DNA of 64,000 nt from an uncultured Candidatus Rokubacteria bacterium (GTDB taxonomy: Bacteria > Methylomirabilota > Methylomirabilia > Rokubacteriales > CSP1-6): assembly GCA_963771355.1 (NCBI GenBank), contig CAVYTA010000003.1, positions 8,785-72,784 of the forward strand, read 5' to 3'. The notes under the pieces are model-generated. The model saw only the letters and a list, made by a program, of their open reading frames with translations. It was not told where the DNA came from and searched no databases. A program made the translations under genes and the position numbers. Shown here in pieces: positions 9,494 to 19,250 of this stretch. Each line of letters starts with the position of its first letter. Position 1 is the first letter of the stretch.

Positions 9494-11380
9494 ATGAAAA
9501 ACGCCAAGCGTCCAATGGATGCGGTGGCCGCGCTGCCCGCCCAGCGCCACGTGACCGTCATCGCCCAGGATCCCAGCGTCCGCGAGAACGGCCCCAACGG
9601 GCCCATCCTCATGGCGAAGATCGCGGTGCCCGCGGAGGATCTCATCCCCGGGCCCATCGGCTACCGCGTGCAGGTCGTGGACTACGACTCCACGACGCGG
9701 CGCTTCAACGGAGCTCACGACCTCCCCGAGAGCCTCAAGGACGAGCCGCCCGGATGGGCGAAGGGCGACGCGAGAATCCTCACCGACTTCCGCTTCCATG
9801 CCCAGAACGTGTACGCGCTGGTCATGAAGACGCTGGCCCGCTTCGAGTTCGCGCTGGGCCGGCGCGTGGGGTGGTCCTTCCACACCCACCAGCTCAAGGT
9901 CTCGCCGCACGGGATGCTGGACGCCAACGCCTTCTATACCCGGCGTGAGGAAGGGCTCGTCTTCGGGTACTTCGCGGGCGAGAGCGGCGAGACCGTGTAC
10001 ACCTGTCTCTCGCACGACATCGTGGTGCACGAGACCACCCATGCCCTGGTCGACGGGCTCCGCGAGCGCTACCTCGACCCGTCCAGCCCCGACCAGGCCG
10101 CCTTTCACGAGGGATTCGCCGACGTCATCGCGATCCTGTCGGTGTTCTCGCAGCCCGAGATGGTGCGCATGCTCCTGGCGCCGCCCACCAAGAAGGGGGG
10201 CGACGCGGCGCTCATCGACCGGGCCGACGTGACGGTGCCCGCGCTCCAGCAAAGCGCGCTGTTCGGGCTGGCGGCACAGATGGGTCAGGAGATCCAGGGC
10301 TCGCGGGGCGGCCCGCTTCGCCAGAGCGCGCAGCTCGTGGCGACACCCCAGCTCCTCGACTCCCCCGAGTTCCAGGAGCCGCACCGGAGAGGCGAGGTGC
10401 TCGTGGCCGCGGTGCTCAATGGCTTCATCAACGTGTGGGCCGCGCGTATCCAGGACCTGGGCGTGCCCGGCCAGCAGTCCTATGCGGTGGCGCGGGTGGC
10501 CGAGCAGGGGGCGGACATCGCCGACACCCTGGCCACGATGTGGATCCGGGCGCTCGACTACATGCCGCCGGTACACCTCGAGTTCGGCGACGCGCTGAGC
10601 GCCGCCTTGACCGCGGACACCGAGGTGCGCCCCGACGACTCCCGCTACGACCTGCGCGAGCACATGCGCAAGGCGTTTCTGATCTATGGCATCGCGCCGC
10701 CGAAATCGGCCGACGCCGCGACGGGCACGTGGGAGCATGCGCCCGGCGGGCTCAACTATGACCGGGTGCGCTTCGAGTCCATGCGGAGCGACAAGGACGA
10801 GGTCTTCCGCTTCCTCTGGGAAAACCGCAAGGATCTCGAGGTCGAGCTGCGGAAGGGGGCGTACACGGAGGTGCTCTCGGTGCGCCCCTGCGTGCGCGTG
10901 GGCCCGGACGGCTTCACCCTCCGCGAGACGGTGGCCGAGTACTATCAGGTCGCCCGCCTCACACCTCCCGAGCTCGAGCGGGCCGGCATCACGGTGCCGA
11001 AGAACTACCTGGTGGCCCTCGCGGAGGCGCGCCGCGCCGCCGCCGAGCGGCAGGCGAAGGCCCGGGAGCGCGCCGACGATGGCGACGCGCCGCCGGCCGG
11101 CGCCGACGACGGGCGCGACGCGGACGACGACGAGAGCCTGGCCACCACCCCCATCTACGGGGGCGGCGTCCTCATCTTCGACGAGTACGGGCGCCTGAAA
11201 TACCACATCCACAACGACGTGTTCCATGCGCGGCGCCAGGCCCGACGGCTGAAATACCTCTGGGAGACGGGCCAGCTCGAGCCGGGGCTGCGCCAGGCGC
11301 GGCTACAGGCGGGCCGCCTCTCGACCCTGCACCGCCTCCGCGCGCTCGACGCGCGGAGAGTTCCCGCGGAAGGCTGGTAG
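9494..11380 (+). CDS. thermolysin-like (M4/gluzincin) zinc metallopeptidase with no signal peptide
   Basis: RBS GGAGG at 9484; NAFY, HETTH (HExxH), HEGFAD (ExxxD third ligand), EPH; long C-terminal extension. Confidence 0.85.
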   Translation: MKNAKRPMDAVAALPAQRHVTVIAQDPSVRENGPNGPILMAKIAVPAEDLIPGPIGYRVQVVDYDSTTRRFNGAHDLPESLKDEPPGWAKGDARILTDFRFHAQNVYALVMKTLARFEFALGRRVGWSFHTHQLKVSPHGMLDANAFYTRREEGLVFGYFAGESGETVYTCLSHDIVVHETTHALVDGLRERYLDPSSPDQAAFHEGFADVIAILSVFSQPEMVRMLLAPPTKKGGDAALIDRADVTVPALQQSALFGLAAQMGQEIQGSRGGPLRQSAQLVATPQLLDSPEFQEPHRRGEVLVAAVLNGFINVWAARIQDLGVPGQQSYAVARVAEQGADIADTLATMWIRALDYMPPVHLEFGDALSAALTADTEVRPDDSRYDLREHMRKAFLIYGIAPPKSADAATGTWEHAPGGLNYDRVRFESMRSDKDEVFRFLWENRKDLEVELRKGAYTEVLSVRPCVRVGPDGFTLRETVAEYYQVARLTPPELERAGITVPKNYLVALAEARRAAAERQAKARERADDGDAPPAGADDGRDADDDESLATTPIYGGGVLIFDEYGRLKYHIHNDVFHARRQARRLKYLWETGQLEPGLRQARLQAGRLSTLHRLRALDARRVPAEGW

Positions 11381-11382
11381 CC

Positions 11383-12720
11383 ATGGCCACCTCGCCGAAG
11401 TCGGTGGAGATCCGCGGCTACCAGGTGGGATTCGGGGACTGCTTCCTGCTCTCGTTCGTCTACTCGGCCACGGACAAGCGCCACGTGCTCATCGACTTCG
11501 GGACCATGGAGCTGCCGACCCGCGGGACGCCGCGCAAGGCGGCCAAGGCCTCCGAGCACATGCCCCAGGTCGCGAGCCACATCGCCAAGGTGTGTGGCGG
11601 CAACCTCACCGCCGTGGTCGCCACCCACCGCCACGCCGATCACATCAGCGGCTTCGGCACGGACGGCAAGACCGGGAAGTCCGGGGAGACGATCCGGGCG
11701 TTGAATCCCAAGGTCGTGCTCCAGCCATGGACGGAGGATCCGCGGGCGGCCAAGAACGCGACCAAGGCCACCAAGGACTCCCTGCGCTCGCCCAAGAGCT
11801 TCGCCGCGGGGCTGACCGCCATGCACAATATCGCCGAGTCCATCTTCCAGCTCGCGCAGAGCCGCCCCGCCTGGATGAGCCCCGCGCTCCAGAAGGAGCT
11901 CCGCTTCCTCGGCATGGACAATATCCACAACAAGTCCGCGGTCGACAATCTGATCGCCATGGGCGAGGCCAAGGGCGCGACGGCGGTGTGGGCGCACCAC
12001 GGCTCGGACTCCGGGCTGGAGAAGCTCCTGCCCGGGGTCAAGGTCCACGTCCTGGGGCCGCCCGATCTCACCCAGACCGAGAAGATCCGGAAGATGCGGC
12101 AAACGGACCCGGATCAGTTCTGGCATCTCCTGGCCGGCCCGAAGTCGCTCCAGACCGCCGAGCCCCTCGCCAAGGGTCTGGCGAGCGGCCGGGCCGCCGA
12201 CCGCCACAGCGTGCCACCCGAGGCCCGCTGGTTCCGCGACCGGCTCGAGCGCCTGCGCGCCGAGCAGCTCCTCCAGATCGTGCGGACGCTGGACGACCAG
12301 ATGAACAATACGAGCCTGATCCTGCTCTTCGAGGTGTTCGGGAAGAAGCTGCTCTTCCCCGGCGACGCCCAGATCGAGAACTGGAGCTACGCGCTGGAGG
12401 ACGCGCCGGACGCCGCCAAGACGCGCGCGCTGCTGGCGGACGTGGACGTCTACAAGGTCGGCCACCACGGGAGCCTCAACGCCACGCCCAAGACGCTCCT
12501 GTGGGAAGACTTCAAGCACCGCAACAAGGCGGGGGCGCAGCGGCTGGTCACCCTGCTCTCGACCATGCCGGGCAAGCACGGGAAGGTGGCGAACAAGACG
12601 GAAGTGCCGCGCCGGCCGCTGCTCGCCGCGCTCAAAGCCGAGACGACGCTGTCGAACACCGTCGATTTGCCCTTCGGGAAGAATCCGACCTTCTGCTATC
12701 AGGTGGACGTCAAGCCCTGA
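11383..12720 (+). CDS. MBL-fold metallo-hydrolase, ComEC/Rec2-like putative nuclease
   Basis: VGFGDC, LIDFG, THRHADH, NNTS, FPGDAQ, KVGHHGS motifs; 2 nt after the peptidase stop. Confidence 0.88.
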   Translation: MATSPKSVEIRGYQVGFGDCFLLSFVYSATDKRHVLIDFGTMELPTRGTPRKAAKASEHMPQVASHIAKVCGGNLTAVVATHRHADHISGFGTDGKTGKSGETIRALNPKVVLQPWTEDPRAAKNATKATKDSLRSPKSFAAGLTAMHNIAESIFQLAQSRPAWMSPALQKELRFLGMDNIHNKSAVDNLIAMGEAKGATAVWAHHGSDSGLEKLLPGVKVHVLGPPDLTQTEKIRKMRQTDPDQFWHLLAGPKSLQTAEPLAKGLASGRAADRHSVPPEARWFRDRLERLRAEQLLQIVRTLDDQMNNTSLILLFEVFGKKLLFPGDAQIENWSYALEDAPDAAKTRALLADVDVYKVGHHGSLNATPKTLLWEDFKHRNKAGAQRLVTLLSTMPGKHGKVANKTEVPRRPLLAALKAETTLSNTVDLPFGKNPTFCYQVDVKP

Positions 12721-12739
12721 GCCGCGGGCCGAGCTCGCC

Positions 12740-13561
12740 CTAGACTTCCAGCAGGTCCTCGCCGATGACGACGGGCCCCGCGTAGTCGCGGGCGGCGGCG
12801 GCGCGGAGCTCCTCGGGCACGGAGCCGGGCATGAGGTGACTGACCACCAGGCGGCGGGCCTGGGCGCCGGCGGCCACGCGGCCGAGCTCGGCGGGCGGCG
12901 TGTGATAGGACTGGAGGTCGCGGATCTTCTCCTCCAGCGTGGGCCAGCCGCAGCCGGGAAACCACCCGGTCTTCGTCATCTCGCAGCACTCGTGGATGAG
13001 CACGTCCACCCCGCGGCTCCACTTCATGAGGTTCTCGCAGGGCTTCGTGTCGCCGGACACGACCACGCTGCGCCCGCCGCCCTCGAAGCGATAGCCGAAG
13101 GCGGGCCGCACCGGGTCGTGCTCGACCACGAAGGCGCTCACGGTCACCCCGCCCGTCTCGAGGACCCGGCCCTCCTCGATCTCGGTGACGCGCACCTCGG
13201 GCGGCCGGCGGTCGTGCATGTGGGCGCGGCGGATGTCGATGTCCCAGGCGAGGTAGTCCAGCAGGAGGTCCATCTGACGCCGCGTGCCGGCGGGCCCGTA
13301 CACCTCGAAGGGCGCGTTCTGTCCCACGATCCAGCGCGTGATGAGGAGGTGGCCGAGGTCGATCACGTGGTCGGAGTGGTGATGCGTGATGAACACGGGC
13401 GGCCAGTCATAGGCGCGCACGCCCGCCTGGATGAGCTGGACGCCGACACCCGAGCCCGCGTCCACCAGGAAGCGCCGCTCGCCCAGTGCCAAGAGTGTCG
13501 CCGGCCCGCGGCGCCGGGGATTGGGCGGCGGCGAGCCGGTGCCGAGCAGGACGGCGCGCAA
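12740..13561 (-). CDS. MBL-fold hydrolase (RNase Z/BN, arylsulfatase-like)
   Basis: TTG start with GAGG RBS; LLGTGS, LVDAG, THHHSDH, SGDT, IHE, YHT, SHL. Confidence 0.9.
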   Translation of the reverse strand: MRAVLLGTGSPPPNPRRRGPATLLALGERRFLVDAGSGVGVQLIQAGVRAYDWPPVFITHHHSDHVIDLGHLLITRWIVGQNAPFEVYGPAGTRRQMDLLLDYLAWDIDIRRAHMHDRRPPEVRVTEIEEGRVLETGGVTVSAFVVEHDPVRPAFGYRFEGGGRSVVVSGDTKPCENLMKWSRGVDVLIHECCEMTKTGWFPGCGWPTLEEKIRDLQSYHTPPAELGRVAAGAQARRLVVSHLMPGSVPEELRAAAARDYAGPVVIGEDLLEV

Positions 13562-13568
13562 CCGGGCG

Positions 13569-15647
13569 CTACCTCGTCCCCGCGCCCGGCCCGGGCCGGC
13601 GCGGCTGCGGCTCGAAGCGCTGATCCACCTGCTCGATCCGCTTGCCGCCGGAGAGAAAGAAGCGCGCCACCTGCTCCTGCGCGGCACGCCCGATGTCGGC
13701 GACCTCGGGGAAGGCGGTCCAGGTGAGGAAGCCGTGGGGGTTGCGGAACCGCTCGGGCAGCTTCCCCGCCATCAGCTCGTGGTGGTACACGCTGCTCCAG
13801 AGATAGAGGTCGCCGGCGCGAACCAGGCTGTCCGTGGTCGGGTTGGGCACGGTGCGATCGCCGAGGGCCCACTGCACGAGCACGGCGCGCGGCGGCCCCA
13901 GCGGCGCCTGGACCAGATAGGGCGCGAAGGCCACGGGGTTCGCCGACTGGTTCAGCCATTCCACGCGGTCGAAGAACTCCTGGATCTCCAGCGCGCCCGT
14001 CGCCGGCTGCTTGACCGGAGGCTCGCCGGACAGCGGGATGGACTCGGTGAAGTCCTTCTCGCCGTTCATGAGCGAGGGGTTCCGCAAAGACAGGGCTCTG
14101 ATGACGCCGGGCCGGAAGGCCGGCGCCTGGCGCGCGATCTCGACGATGGGCCCGCCCGGGACGTTCAGGACGCCGATACGGACGCGCGGCTCCACCACCA
14201 TGAGCAAGGTGCCGTAGATGCCGCCGAAGGACTGTCCGAAGTAGTAGATCTGCTCGCGGTCCAGGTCCGGCTGGCGGTCGCCGTCCACGTCGATGCCACG
14301 CCGGATCGCGCGGACGAGCTGCATGAGATCCGCCACCGTCTGCTTGAGCCCATCGCGCGCGGCGACCGTGGCCAGCGGAGTGCCCGGGAGCGTGCTCACG
14401 CCCTCGGCGAGCTCGATCTTACCGTCCTCGTTCCGGTCGATGCCGCGCCCCCCGGAGGGCAGGGTCACCGGCGGCCCGTCCGTGCGCACGAGCGTGAGGG
14501 TGCCTTCCGGCCCGGCGCCGTGGCCCACCACGTTGATCGCGATCGTGGCGAATCCGTTCCGGGCCAGCGTGCCCGCCACCATGGGCGGAATGACGTGCCG
14601 GTCATTGGTGAAGCCGTGGCCGAAGATCGCCACCGGCCAGCCTCCGGGGGGTTTCTGGCCTTCAGGGAGGAAGAGCGTGACGTGGATCTCGTCCTCCGTT
14701 GCCGGCGCGGCCAGCGGCTTCGCCGTGGCCACCGCGGGAATGTGCCCCTCCGCGGAGAGAAAGGACGGGCTCCGGTAGCGGCCGAAGGCGATGGCCTTCA
14801 CCTCGGTGGGCGGCAGCAGATTCAGCGCCAGCGGCACCGACTCGCCCAGGAGCATGCCGCTGGTGGCAACGTGGCGGCGGAGCTCGATCGACTGGAGCCC
14901 GGCGCGCGGATACACCGACGCGCCGCGTCCCGGGGCGAGATCGAAGGTCACCGCGGGCTCCGGCTTCGCCTCCAGCACCGCGCGCATCCGCTCGAGATCC
15001 GCCGTCACCGACTGCGTGGTGAAGAGCGCGAGGGCGGCGATGTCGGCGCGCTTCACGCCGGCGCCCAGCAGGGCGCGCGTGATCCTCGCGTTCACCGCGT
15101 ACGGGTGATCGGTCTCGTCGAGCGGCTTGAGGAGATCCGGCGAGACCCGGAGGCGGCGGCGCTCCGCGTCGGTGACCTTGGTGGTGACCACGAGCACGTA
15201 GAGGCGGCCCTGGAGAAGCGCGCGCTCGGGGCGCGCGTAGAGCACCCGGTGCTCCCCGTTCCAGACGAGCTGCCCCAGCGCGATCGGGGACGTCAGGGGC
15301 TCGGGGACGAGCGGCAGGATGAAGGCCGCCTCGCGGGTGACGCTCTCGACGGTGATGGGCTCGTCGAAGGTGAGCGCGAGGCGGGGGTGCACGGAGAAGC
15401 CGTCGAGCTGGTTGAGCAGGGCGACCTCGTCACAGCCGGAGGGATCCACCGGGCAGCTCGGCTCGGGCAGCACCACGCGGCGGCCCGTGCGCTGGGCGGG
15501 ATCCGCGACGGTGTAGCGGTCGCTGGGAAAGATCGCGATGACCTGAGCGGCCCAGACGGGCGCCCCGGCCGCCGCTTCGATCAGCGCGCAGGCGGCAAGA
15601 GCGAGCCACCGGACGGAGCGACGCCGGAGGAGCGCCCGGAGCGCCAT
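13569..15647 (-). CDS. exported lipase/esterase with Ig-like N-terminal region (Pla-1/VolA-like)
   Basis: Signal peptide; LNQLDGFS; FGHG; GQSFGG nucleophile elbow; GDRTVPN; NPH. Confidence 0.8.
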   Translation of the reverse strand: MALRALLRRRSVRWLALAACALIEAAAGAPVWAAQVIAIFPSDRYTVADPAQRTGRRVVLPEPSCPVDPSGCDEVALLNQLDGFSVHPRLALTFDEPITVESVTREAAFILPLVPEPLTSPIALGQLVWNGEHRVLYARPERALLQGRLYVLVVTTKVTDAERRRLRVSPDLLKPLDETDHPYAVNARITRALLGAGVKRADIAALALFTTQSVTADLERMRAVLEAKPEPAVTFDLAPGRGASVYPRAGLQSIELRRHVATSGMLLGESVPLALNLLPPTEVKAIAFGRYRSPSFLSAEGHIPAVATAKPLAAPATEDEIHVTLFLPEGQKPPGGWPVAIFGHGFTNDRHVIPPMVAGTLARNGFATIAINVVGHGAGPEGTLTLVRTDGPPVTLPSGGRGIDRNEDGKIELAEGVSTLPGTPLATVAARDGLKQTVADLMQLVRAIRRGIDVDGDRQPDLDREQIYYFGQSFGGIYGTLLMVVEPRVRIGVLNVPGGPIVEIARQAPAFRPGVIRALSLRNPSLMNGEKDFTESIPLSGEPPVKQPATGALEIQEFFDRVEWLNQSANPVAFAPYLVQAPLGPPRAVLVQWALGDRTVPNPTTDSLVRAGDLYLWSSVYHHELMAGKLPERFRNPHGFLTWTAFPEVADIGRAAQEQVARFFLSGGKRIEQVDQRFEPQPRRPGPGAGTR

Positions 15648-15659
15648 TGCCCCCCGCCC

Positions 15660-16830
15660 CTACTTGGGGGGCTGTTGCGGTGAGGGCGGCTCCTGCGGTC
15701 CGGGAGGCGGCGTCTGCGGCGTGCGCCGCGGCGGGCGGGTCGCGCCCTGGTAGGCGCCGACCACCACGTCCAGCTCCGTCGGCTTGCCCTCGCGCCACAC
15801 CTTGAGCTTCACCGTGCGCCCCACCGGCGTGCTCGAGATGATGCGCTGCAGATCGCGGGGACCCTGGAGCGAGGTGCCGTCGACGGCCAGGACCACGTCG
15901 TTCGCCTTCACCCCGCCCTGGTCCGCGGGCTGGCCCACCACTACCTGGCGGATCAGCACGCCCTTGGCCTCGGACAGGCCGAACTTCGGCGCCTCGTCCT
16001 CGCCGATCTCGGCGATGGAGACGCCCAGCCACCCCCACTCCACCTTGCCGTTCTGGGCGAGCTGCGGCAGGAGGCCCTTCACCAGATTGATGGGGATCGC
16101 GAACCCGATGGTCCCGTTGCGCGCGGCCATGCTGTTCACGCCCACGATCTCGCCCGCCATGTTCACCAGCGGCCCGCCGGAATTACCCGGATTCACCGCC
16201 GCGTCGGTCTGGATGAAGTCGAAGCCGGGCGCGGCCACGTCGAGCGGCGCGCCCTTGCGGCTCACGATGCCGAAGGACACGGTCTGCTCGAGCCCGAAGG
16301 GATGACCGAGCGCCAGGACGAACTCGCCCACCCGGAGCCGGTTCGAGTCGCCGAGCACCGCCACCGGGAGCGCGGTCGCGTCGATCTTCACCAGGGCCAG
16401 GTCCACGCGGTTGTCGAAGCCGACCACGCGACCGGCGAAGCGGCGGCCGTCGTAGAGCTGGATCTGGATGCGCTCGGCCTCTTCCACCACATGCGCATTG
16501 GTCACGAGATAGCCGTCCTGGCGAATGATGAAGCCCGAGCCCGAGGCGCGGCGCTCATCGGGATTCGGCTGCCCGGGGATGGGCACGCTCGGCGTGGAGT
16601 CGGGGTCCGTGCCGCGGCGCACCCGCACCTGCACCAGTGCCGGCTTCATCCGCTCGGCCAGACCGTTCATGAAGTCGTTGAGACGCTGGATATCGGCCGG
16701 CGCGCTGGCGCCCGTGGCTCTCCGTCCAGTACGGGGGCTGCTGGGCCGCGGCCGGGCCGGGAAGGCCGGGGGCGACGAGCAGGGCGAAGGCAAGGGTGAC
16801 GAGCAGGGCGCGCCGGGGACTGAATGCCAT
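15660..16830 (-). CDS. HtrA/DegP-family serine protease with PDZ domain, frameshift near 16720
   Basis: TNAHVV, DLAL, NPGNSGG; PDZ WLGV; the signal peptide MAFSPRRALLV... is in the adjacent frame. Confidence 0.9.
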
Positions 16831-16869
16831 GGAGGACCTCCTCACTACCGATCAGTATACCGTAGGGTG

Positions 16870-18384
16870 CTAATTGCCGTCCGCGCGACTAGGGAGCAGC
16901 CGCTGCGCGGCCAGGGCCAGCGTGGCGCCCGCCGGCGAGCGCGCCGCCTGGGCGGACAGCGAGGCGATGGCCTGGGCGGCGAGGGCACGCCAGGCGTCCG
17001 GCTTCGCATCCCGGGGCGGCGCGTCCCCGGGCGCGTCTCCGGGCATCGCGTCTCCGGGCGGCGCGTGATCGGCCAGCGCGAGCAGGGCCTGCGCCATCTC
17101 GCCATTGCCCGTGATCGGCGTGAACGCCCCCTGCCCCAGCCCGCTCTCCCGCGCGGGGGCGAGAGGCTCCGAGTCGAGGAAGGCGCCCGCGGCGGCGTCC
17201 CAGCGATGCGCGATGGTCCAGTCGGCGGCACGCGCGGCCCAGTCGCGCAGCGCGGGGTCACCGGCCGCGCGATACGCGTCGAGGGCGGCGGTGATGGCCA
17301 GCGCCTGATCGCGCAGCAGCCCGCGCGGCCCGGGCTCCCCCTCGGGGGCGTCGAGGCGATGGGGCACGGCCCCGTCCGGCGCGGCGGTGACGAATTCCAG
17401 CGGCGGCAGGGATGGCGGCGGCAGAGATCCGGGGCCCGCGGCCCCGGGCGCCGCTTCGCTGGGTGCCGCGGTGGCACGCAGGACAGCCGAGGCCAGGGCC
17501 GCGCCCGCGTCGGCGAAGCGGCGGGTGTCCACCTCCGCATCGGGCTGGGCGGCGATGCTCGCGTAGGCGCGACCGGTCGCGTCCACCAGGCGCTCCCGCG
17601 CATGCGCCAGCGCCCGCCGGGCGACCGCCTCATACTCCGGCGCGCCGAGCGTGGCCGCCGCCTCGAGGAAGAGCCGGATCAGCGCGGCCTGATCGAGCGT
17701 CACCTTCTCGGTGTGGGGCCCCGTCCAGTCGGCGGCGGCGCCATAGCGGAAGAAGGCGCCGTCCTCGGGATCCACCAGGTGTTGCGCGATGGCGTCCAGC
17801 GCCTCGCGGGCGATGGCCGCGAGCGCCGGGTCGGGCCGCCGCCGCGCCTCGCGCAGGAGGAGCGTCACCGCGTCGGGCTCGGGGTGCTTGGGCGCTCCGC
17901 CGAAGCCGCCGTGCTCGCGATCGGCGCGGCGGACGAGGCGCGCGACGACCTCGTGCACCAAGGCGCCCGGGGACGCCCCTGCAGGCGGCGCGCCCGGCGG
18001 CAGGGACGCGGGGCGCGGGCGCGGCGCGGGACGCCGCCCTTCGCGCAGGTCGGCGGTCGCCGCGTCGAGCAGGCCGAAGAGCTGGGTCGGCGAGAGAAAG
18101 GTCCCGCCACGAAGGAAGTCGCCCTCGGCGGTGAGCAGCGCCGTGGTGGGCAGGCCGCCGAGATGGTAGCGGCCGTAGACGTCGGGCCGCGCGTCGGCGT
18201 CCACCCGCACCGGCACCGCGACGGCGGCCACCCGCGCCGCCACGCCGGGATCGTCCCAGGTCTCCTCGTCCATGCGATGGCAGGCGCCGCACCAGCGCGC
18301 GGTGAGGGAGAGCAGGAGCGGCCGGCCCGTCGCGCGCGCGCGCGCGAAGGCGGCGTCCCCCCAGTCCTCCCAGCGCAGGGCCAC
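16870..18384 (-). CDS. DUF255/YyaL-like thioredoxin-domain protein
   Basis: WEDWG..AF.RA, WCGACHRMD, VDADARPD, GGFGGAPK, EKVTLDQA. Confidence 0.85.
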   Translation of the reverse strand: MALRWEDWGDAAFARARATGRPLLLSLTARWCGACHRMDEETWDDPGVAARVAAVAVPVRVDADARPDVYGRYHLGGLPTTALLTAEGDFLRGGTFLSPTQLFGLLDAATADLREGRRPAPRPRPASLPPGAPPAGASPGALVHEVVARLVRRADREHGGFGGAPKHPEPDAVTLLLREARRRPDPALAAIAREALDAIAQHLVDPEDGAFFRYGAAADWTGPHTEKVTLDQAALIRLFLEAAATLGAPEYEAVARRALAHARERLVDATGRAYASIAAQPDAEVDTRRFADAGAALASAVLRATAAPSEAAPGAAGPGSLPPPSLPPLEFVTAAPDGAVPHRLDAPEGEPGPRGLLRDQALAITAALDAYRAAGDPALRDWAARAADWTIAHRWDAAAGAFLDSEPLAPARESGLGQGAFTPITGNGEMAQALLALADHAPPGDAMPGDAPGDAPPRDAKPDAWRALAAQAIASLSAQAARSPAGATLALAAQRLLPSRADGN

Positions 18385-18400
18385 GGCGCGGGACCGCTGC

Positions 18401-18925
18401 CTAGCGGTTGACTTCGCGGAGCAGATGCGCCAGCTCGGGGATGATCAGCTTCTCCAGCGCCAGCCGGCAGGCATGCGGCGAGCCGGGGAGCGAGAAGACC
18501 AGCCGGCCCTGGACCACGCCGGCCTGCGCGCGCGACATCATGGCGGCGGCGCCCACCTCCTGATACGAGAGCATGCGGAAGAGCTCCCCGAAGCCCGTGA
18601 TGCGCTTGGTCAGCAGGGACTCGACCGCCTCGAAGGTGGAGTCGCGCGAGGTGATGCCGGTGCCCCCGGTGAGGATGAACACCTGGTGATCGGGCTTGGC
18701 GAGCCCCTCGCGGATCACCGCCACCACCTGGGCGGGCTCGTCGCGCACGATGGCCTGGCCGACCACGGTCTGCCCCGCGGCGGTGAGCAGCTCGCGGATG
18801 AGCTGGCCGCTGGTGTCGTCCTTGGGCGTCTTGGAGTCGGAGATCGTGAGGACGAAGCAGCCGGCCTGCCGGGGGCCGGTGCTGCGATGCTCCTGCGCGA
18901 CCTGATCGGGCTTCACGTCGGCCAT
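18401..18925 (-). CDS. moaB: molybdenum cofactor biosynthesis protein B (MoaB/MogA family)
   Basis: LTISD, DTSG, TGGTG..RD, GFGELFR, SRA, LPGSP. Confidence 0.92.
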   Translation of the reverse strand: MADVKPDQVAQEHRSTGPRQAGCFVLTISDSKTPKDDTSGQLIRELLTAAGQTVVGQAIVRDEPAQVVAVIREGLAKPDHQVFILTGGTGITSRDSTFEAVESLLTKRITGFGELFRMLSYQEVGAAAMMSRAQAGVVQGRLVFSLPGSPHACRLALEKLIIPELAHLLREVNR

Positions 18926-18944
18926 GGGATCGCCGGGGGCGCCG

Positions 18945-19250
18945 TCACTCCACCGGCTCGAGATAGATGGCGCCGCTTTCCACGCTGACCGTGTACCGGG
19001 GCACGCGCTCGCCGGGGATGGTCATGCAGACGCCCGAGCGAAGGTCGAACTCCCAGCCGTGCAGGGGGCAGCTGAGGATATCGCCCTCGATCCAGCCATC
19101 GCAGAGATTGCCGCCCTGATGCGGGCACTCGTTGCCGATCGCGAAGATCTCGTCCAGGCGCCGGTAGAGGACCACGTCCTCACCGTTCACCGTCACGAGG
19201 GTCGGCGTGAGGAGCGGGAGGGCGGCGACGTCGAGGACCTTGGTCTTCAC
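18945..19250 (-). CDS. Rieske [2Fe-2S] ferredoxin
   Basis: CPHQG...CPLHGWEFD; GTG start overlaps the glcF stop. Confidence 0.9.
   Translation of the reverse strand: MKTKVLDVAALPLLTPTLVTVNGEDVVLYRRLDEIFAIGNECPHQGGNLCDGWIEGDILSCPLHGWEFDLRSGVCMTIPGERVPRYTVSVESGAIYLEPVE

Noticed and set aside
12740-13561. Second MBL gene as a third member of the peptidase-MBL cassette
   Set aside because: Opposite strand, different (RNase Z-like) subfamily, and the end of a separate operon
16995-17070. PGDA-like short repeats in the DUF255 protein, and Pro/Ala tracts in dnaX and yidC
   Set aside because: Ordinary low-complexity linkers
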